Positions 60,175 to 64,000 of a DNA stretch of 64,000 bases are shown here, one piece after another. The notes below the pieces were generated by a model. It saw only the letters and a list, made by a program, of their open reading frames with translations, did no database searches and was not told the DNA's origin. Position 1 is the stretch's first letter, and the number at the start of each line of letters is the position of its first letter. Source of the stretch: the human T2T-CHM13v2.0 reference genome, Homo sapiens. A program made the translations under genes and the position numbers. The stretch lies in assembly GCF_009914755.1 (NCBI RefSeq), contig NC_060936.1. One strand, written 5' to 3'.

Positions 60175-62639
60175 AGAGAACTACTTTGTGTAAGTCTACG
60201 AGGCACCATACACACTTTTTCCCTTAAGGACCTTACTGAGTAACTGGGAAGAGAGAGCAGGAATGTCAACAATAATACAGAAGAAGGGTTCTATGGTAAA
60301 TGCCGAAAGTGAACCTTCAACGAAGTGAGTTCCAGAGAGACAACCCATAAAGGTAAAGATTTAGTCATAAATGAGCTGTGTTGCTACTGAAAACATCTTG
60401 ATTCTAAAGTATAACCACATCTCAACCAAGCAAAAACTGTCTTAAGCCTGAATTAAGAGGAAAATGATATTTTAAATGAACTCCTCAAGTAAGTTGCCAA
60501 ATCATTGACACTAGAATTTTAAGAATTGGTGACTCTAGAGCTTTCATGGTTTGGCTACTGTATTATCTCCCTCAAGGTGCAGTAATATTTCTGTCACCAA
60601 AAATCATTAATTGATAACATTATTCTTTCTGTTAGTTCTAGCACTTATTTCCATCACTGTGATTTTTTTATTATGATGATTATTTTTACTTTACTTACTT
60701 AGTATAGGGGATTACCTGCCTTTTAATGTCATCCTGACAATTAAGACAAAATACAGAACATGCTTAGCACAGTGCTTGGCTGAGAGAGTGCCATCATTAA
60801 TATTAGGCATTATTTTTCTTATTCTTGAAATACAGTGTTTTATATAGTGCCTGGCATGTAGTTAAATTTTAGTAAATTATAATAATGTTGTTTATTGTTT
60901 TCCAAAGGATTTTTAACATGTATTATCAATTAATACTCTGAGCTACATTCAAGGTATATAGTGCTATTCCTCTTTTACTAATACAGAAACTGAAGTTAAG
61001 TACATTGGTCAGATTTTTCTGGCTGATTTAAGCAGATAAAGAAATTATTAAAAGGAATGTGGATAGCTCACAGAATCAGCAGAAGAGCTCTAGAATCGTG
61101 TTTTGGGCTACCTAGCCAAGTAAAATGGCCAAGATCATGCCACAGAACTGAGCCACTGCCAAGTACCTGCCGTGCCTTGCACGGCAAACAATGCTGGCTG
61201 GCATTGGTGACCGGACTTTGCCACAGGGATTGCTTCTACTGCTCCCTTGGAAACTGTTTTACAGAAACTGCTGTCACCAAGGAATGTACTTCATGGAAGG
61301 CCCTATTTTGCAACATTTGCCCCCTATTTACAGTCTGGAGTGGGTGGCAATTTGCTTTATTGCCAACTCATTGTGTCTTAACTCTCTGTGAAAGAAATAC
61401 TTCGTTTATATTTTCTTTTAATTGGATATAAACTGAGTAGAAGTTGAGATTATTTTCCTTATTAGTAGACTTCATGTGTGGAAAAGTTAGTTTTTTCTGA
61501 AATTGATCTTGTTCTTAGCAATTATCTGCTATAAGTATTGCCTCAACTTTTTAGGCTACTACTAAATGAGAACTTTCCATCTGATCAGGGCGTCTTCTCC
61601 AGTGTAAACAATCCTGTTTCCCATTACCCATTGGAGCTAAGGAACCCATGATGAGTTAACACGTGCAAGAAGGGTTACCCCTTTGAGCAAGAAAAGTCCT
61701 GGCATTAGTATTTCAGATTTTTTTCTTGCATCCTTTTCTGATATTTTATTTATTTTCATTTAAAGTGGACCTATGGTTTATCTTGCTGAAAATCTCAAAA
61801 AACCAAAAAACAAACAAACAAAAAAAAACGTGTCAGGTCCCTAATGTGATTGCTGTTAACCATATAAAAATAACCTCCCCTCTTTTATAATCAGTCTTGG
61901 TGCGCCTTGCAAAGCCTACATTTCTAACCTGTGTATACTTCAAACTACTGTGAGCATGTGTTAAACACCTTTTTTTTTTTTAAATAAAAAGAACACTTTC
62001 AGCTCCTTAAAGCAAGCTCTTTTGGGAAGGAAAGAATCCCTGAGTGCTGCAGCCATCCATCCTGCTTTGTCTGGAAAGCTAAGGTTTTTGGGTTATTGAT
62101 GTTTCAACAAGTGGAGAGCACCTAGGTCTGGTGAGCACCAGCTGCTGAAGTGTGGGGGGCACCCAAGTGGCCTGTTCTTCCAGGATGGCATTCATTCTTC
62201 CAGGCAAGTGGGACAAAGTGGGCTTTCTGCCTTCACTCAGTGAGAGCTGTTGAAAGATTTTCTCATCTGAATTGTGAATGTTTGTAATGTTTATTTTCAC
62301 AGTAAGAGTGAGGGCCTTCTCACTTTGAATATATTCCTTTTTGCAAGTAATTTTGAAGTAGTCCTGATCCTGTGTTAAAAGAAACATGGTATGTCATTAT
62401 AGAAGAATCCTTCATCCCCCTTCCCTTACAAACATAAAATTTTCAGAGTTTACATTTGGAAGAAAACCTGGTTCAATTCTCTCCATTTTCAGGGAAGGAA
62501 ATGGAATTTATTCTTTCCTTTGTTTATCCTTTTATAGTTTTCATTTTGTTCCCTGTTGGTCACATTTTTTTTTTTTTGGCCTTCTTATTAGAGGGGTATT
62601 GTGGAATATTTTTGCTTAGCAAAAATTAAAATCAACATA

Positions 62640-63930
62640 CCTGACTTTGTAATTGTAAAATATGTATAACATACAATTTATCATTTTAATCCTTTTTGAG
62701 TGTACAATTCAGTGGCATTAAGTATATTCACATTGTTGTGCAGTATCATGACCTTCCATCTCCGGAACTTCTCTGTTATCCCAAATTGAAGTCTATTAAA
62801 TAGTAATTTCCCAATCTCTACCCTCAGCCCTGACAAACATTATTATTCTACTTATTTTCGCCATGAATTTTACTATTCTTTTTTTTTTTTTTTTTTTTTG
62901 AGACAGGGCCTCACACTGTCACCCAGGCTAGAGTGCAGTGGCACGATCTTGGCTCACTGCGACCTCCCTCTACCTTACAGGCTCAAGTGATCCTCCCGCC
63001 TCAGCCTCCTGAGTAGCTGGGACCTCAGGTGCACACCACCACGCCTGGCTAATTTTTGTATATTTTGTAGAGACGGGGTTTCACCATGTTGCCCAGGCTG
63101 GTCTCAAACTCCTAGGCTCAAGGGATCCTTCCACCTCGGCCTCCCAAATGCTGGGGTTACAGGTGTGAGCCACCGCACCTGGCCAAATATTACTATTCTG
63201 TATGTTTCTTGTAAATTGAATCATACAGTTTTTGTCCTTTTGTGTCTGGCATACTTCAGTTTACCACAATTTTTTCAGGTTCCATCCGTATTCTAGCATG
63301 TACCAGAATTTCATTCTCTTTTTTAAGGCTGAATTCTATTATGTGTATATACCACATTTTGTTTATCCTTTCATCCATTGATGGACATTTGGGTTGTTTC
63401 TACTTTGGCCATTGTGAATAATGCTGCTGTGAACATTGATACATAAATATCTGTATGAGTCCCTGCTTTCAGTTCTTTTGGGTGCATACCCAGAGGTGGA
63501 ATTGCTGGGTCATGTGGTAATTCTATGTTTATTTTTTTTCCTCCCTTGTAATTACCCACAATGTGGTAAAATACACTTGACATGAAATTTACCACTGTAA
63601 CTATTTTTAAGTATAAGTTCAGTGGTATTAAGTACATTGAGATTGTTGTGTGACCATCACCACTGTCCATTTCCTGAATGTTTTTCATCTTGCAAACCTG
63701 AAACTCTATATCCGTTAAACAGCAACTTCCTATCCTCTCTTCCTCCCAGCCCTGGTAACCACTGTTCTACTTTCTTTCTCTATGATTTTGACTTTTCTGT
63801 GTACTTCATATAAATGGAATCATTCAGTGTTTGCTTGTGACTGGCTTACTTCACTTAGTGTAATGTCCTCAAGATTCACCCATGTTGTTGCATAGGTCAG
63901 AATTTTCTTTTAAAGGCTGAATACCACATG
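62640..63930 (-). mobile_element. L1MB-like 3' fragments with nested Alu (62878-63185)
   Basis: gtacaattcagtggcattaagtatattcacattgttgtgc and catacccagaggtggaattgctgggtc; Alu TSD ttactattct. Confidence 0.85.
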
Positions 63931-64000
63931 TGTATATATATAGAAAAATATTATTCAGTCTTAAAAGGGAATTCCTTTTTAAGGAATGCCTCATTTTGCT

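Noticed and set aside
61057-61431. 124-aa Cys-rich ORF
   Set aside because: No consistent zinc-finger or disulfide spacing and no pseudogene hallmarks

Overview
This is human (primate) genomic DNA, very dense in Alu and L1 repeats, and not prokaryotic: there are no CRISPR arrays, operons, rRNAs or tRNAs. The only supportable protein-coding sequence is exons 1-2 of BORCS5 (LOH12CR1/myrlysin, chr12p13) on the + strand. Exon 1 CDS 12582-12639 and exon 2 16335-16478 splice to [68 protein letters not shown]. Everything after 16478 is BORCS5 intron 2; exon 3 is not in the window. Upstream are two CpG-island promoters. The first (~5.0-5.7 kb) carries a minus-strand non-coding first exon, assigned to MANSC1 from recalled gene order. 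The second (~12.0-12.75 kb) is bidirectional, driving BORCS5 and the divergent lncRNA LOH12CR2. Nearly all other ORF-track entries are Alu/L1/GC-rich artefacts. The most interesting observations are: (1) an upstream donor that builds a start codon across an intron (A|TG), predicting a non-myristoylated BORCS5 isoform; (2) an old ~310-bp local duplication of an AluJ plus unique flank that brackets exon 2 and predates an AluS insertion; (3) a candidate poison exon in intron 2; (4) solo poly(A/T) insertions between direct repeats and template-switch hairpins; (5) an Alu-free, AP-1/YY1-rich enhancer-like block at 51.5-55.7 kb. I found no wholly new multi-gene system. Repeat subfamily names are by-eye calls and repeat boundaries are approximate.
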